From: Selaginella moellendorffii | Lineage: Eukaryota > Plantae > Lycopodiophyta | Length of the DNA: 64,000 nucleotides | Assembly: GCF_000143415.4 (NCBI RefSeq) | Contig: NW_003314277.1 | Coordinates: 1,140,652 to 1,204,651, forward strand | Direction of reading: 5' to 3' | Shown: one piece after another, positions 62,389-64,000 of the stretch | Position numbering within the stretch: the first letter of the stretch is position 1 | Layout: each line of letters begins with the position of its first letter | Program-made: the position numbers and the translations under genes | Notes under the pieces: generated by a model | Told to the model about the DNA's origin: nothing | The model's database searches: none | The model's input: the letters and a program-made list of their open reading frames with translations, nothing else

Positions 62389-64000
62389 TCAAGATGTTGA
62401 ATTCACCGCGTCGTGGGTATCAATCCCTCTATCTACCGCCACTGTACCCGATTCCACCGAGCCAGTCATGGAAGAAGACTTCAATCCTTTGAAGTATGTC
62501 GAGTAAGGAAAGAGCTGCGCGCAGCGAGCGCGCCATCCTGTTCAGAAAGAATAACACTTAAGTCATAACGAATCCAAAACCAAATTTCGAGGCCTACTCT
62601 CAGCGGCATCTGGATCATCAAGCACTGATTGTAGCTTCTTGTGCACCGTCATGCATTGCTTGAGCTCCCATTTCTCTTCGCCACTGCAAAAACGAAATCT
62701 TTGATACGAGAATCCTCTGCAGTTACCACATACCTTGAATCCAAAACAATTTTTACGGAGGCATCTTTTTCGCCAGGAGATAGTAGTTGGAGGACCTCGG
62801 CCGCGACGACTCTATGTAGCAGCGAATCTAAAAAATGATAGAAGGCATTAGGAAAGCTCATAGGAGATGGAATAATGATCGTACCAGTATGACAGTCCAA
62901 GAAGTCCTTATTTATCTCTAACAGAGTTCTGTCCCCAAAATCCCTGCCAAGCAAAAGAAGCGACAATGAGTTTGCTTTAGACATTGAAAAACCAAGACCT
63001 TAGCAAAGATCGCTCCGCAGCGACCACTTCCCAAACAAGCTTGTCCGTAGAATCAGGTTCTGGCTTGTTGTCCACCATGTTATAAAAACGACACTGCAGA
63101 CAATTCTTCAAACATTTGTTCCGAGAACAACAAGAGAAAGAAATACCAGGCAGTGATGAATGTCAGGATGGTCACTGTTCACTCTGATGAGCCTCTTGAT
63201 AGCCTGTGGGACAGTTTAAGCCAGGATGAAAAATGTTTGCACAAACCAACCTGGAATGCCAGGAGAACTTTTTGCCGACGCATGTAAATCTCAAAAGCAA
63301 GAAGATGTGTTTCAAGCGAGTCCGGTGAGTGCATTTGCAAGAGTTTCAAATACTTCAATGCCTCGCCCAGGGGATCTTCCACCTGAAATCCAGTTCAGCA
63401 CACAGCTGAAAGCCAGTAAAAGTACTTACATGAACAAGCTGCTCGCCGTCGGGATCGTTATCAAAAGGTTTCGGCGCCTGGGTTCCTTTCTTTGCACCTT
63501 TGCTGGCATTCGACGCCTTCTCTTCCTCCTTGGCCTTCTCTGCTTCCTAATAACAGAGGACACTTGTAACCGAATGTGTCATATGGATAAAACCGACCTT
63601 TTTAGCTCGAGCTTCTGCTTTTCTGCTCTTTTGACGCAGCTTCTTCCGTTCTGAAGGAGTCAATCCAGCATTGACTGCTTCTTCTTCCTCCACCGCGGTC
63701 TTTGGTGGCGAATCATATATACATAAATAGCACCTGAATCAAGAATGTCAATATGGAGTCATCACTGAACCAAAACGGACCTGATGGCGCTGCAAGCAGC
63801 TCGGTAGAAAAAGGGAAACGAGTGCAGACGGTCTTGAAATCTCAGCATATGAACGTATGCGCGCAAAGTCATTTTACGAAGACAGTACGTGTGGAAGTCA
63901 AACTGGTCCTCCGTCATATCATTGTAATGCTTCTCCACGGCCACAAACTTTTTCAAAGCTTTGCCTAAAGCTCCTTGTCGAAAATGACTGTCTCCGGATG
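62389..64000 (-). CDS. NAA15: N-terminal acetyltransferase NatA auxiliary subunit, 3' exons (continues beyond the window)
   Basis: EDQFDFHTYCLRKMTLRAYV; DPLGEALKYLKLLQ..SLETHLLAFEIYMR; final exon WRARCAQLFPYSTYF, stop at 62389-62391. Confidence 0.93.

Overview
Eukaryotic plant genomic DNA. Very short 44-70 nt introns, tightly packed genes and a single-exon PLS-class PPR gene suggest a lycophyte such as Selaginella (inference). Bases 1-34,200 are an AT-rich, CpG-poor transposon graveyard with five N gaps. It holds several copies of a decayed long-LTR element, a younger nested Ty3/Gypsy element, a LINE ORF2 fragment, a TRIM, a MITE, and a decayed Mutator-like transposase lying back-to-back with a decayed gene resembling an N4C/N6A DNA amino-methyltransferase. 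Bases 34,500-64,000 are gene-rich: a cytochrome P450 with an atypical I-helix, a PPR gene with a shattered duplicate, a ~740 bp foldback, a pectinesterase homologue lacking its catalytic residues, GTP cyclohydrolase I, a type II DnaJ, bifunctional RibBA, mitochondrial EF-Ts, a degenerate helicase-C-like gene and the 3' part of NAA15. The most striking accessory element is a three-copy family of small secreted proteins built from 14-aa C-x-x-x-W-x-W-x-x-x-x-C-x-x repeats. One copy arose in a ~3.1-3.6 kb tandem duplication that truncates both neighbouring genes and leaves only the peptide gene intact.
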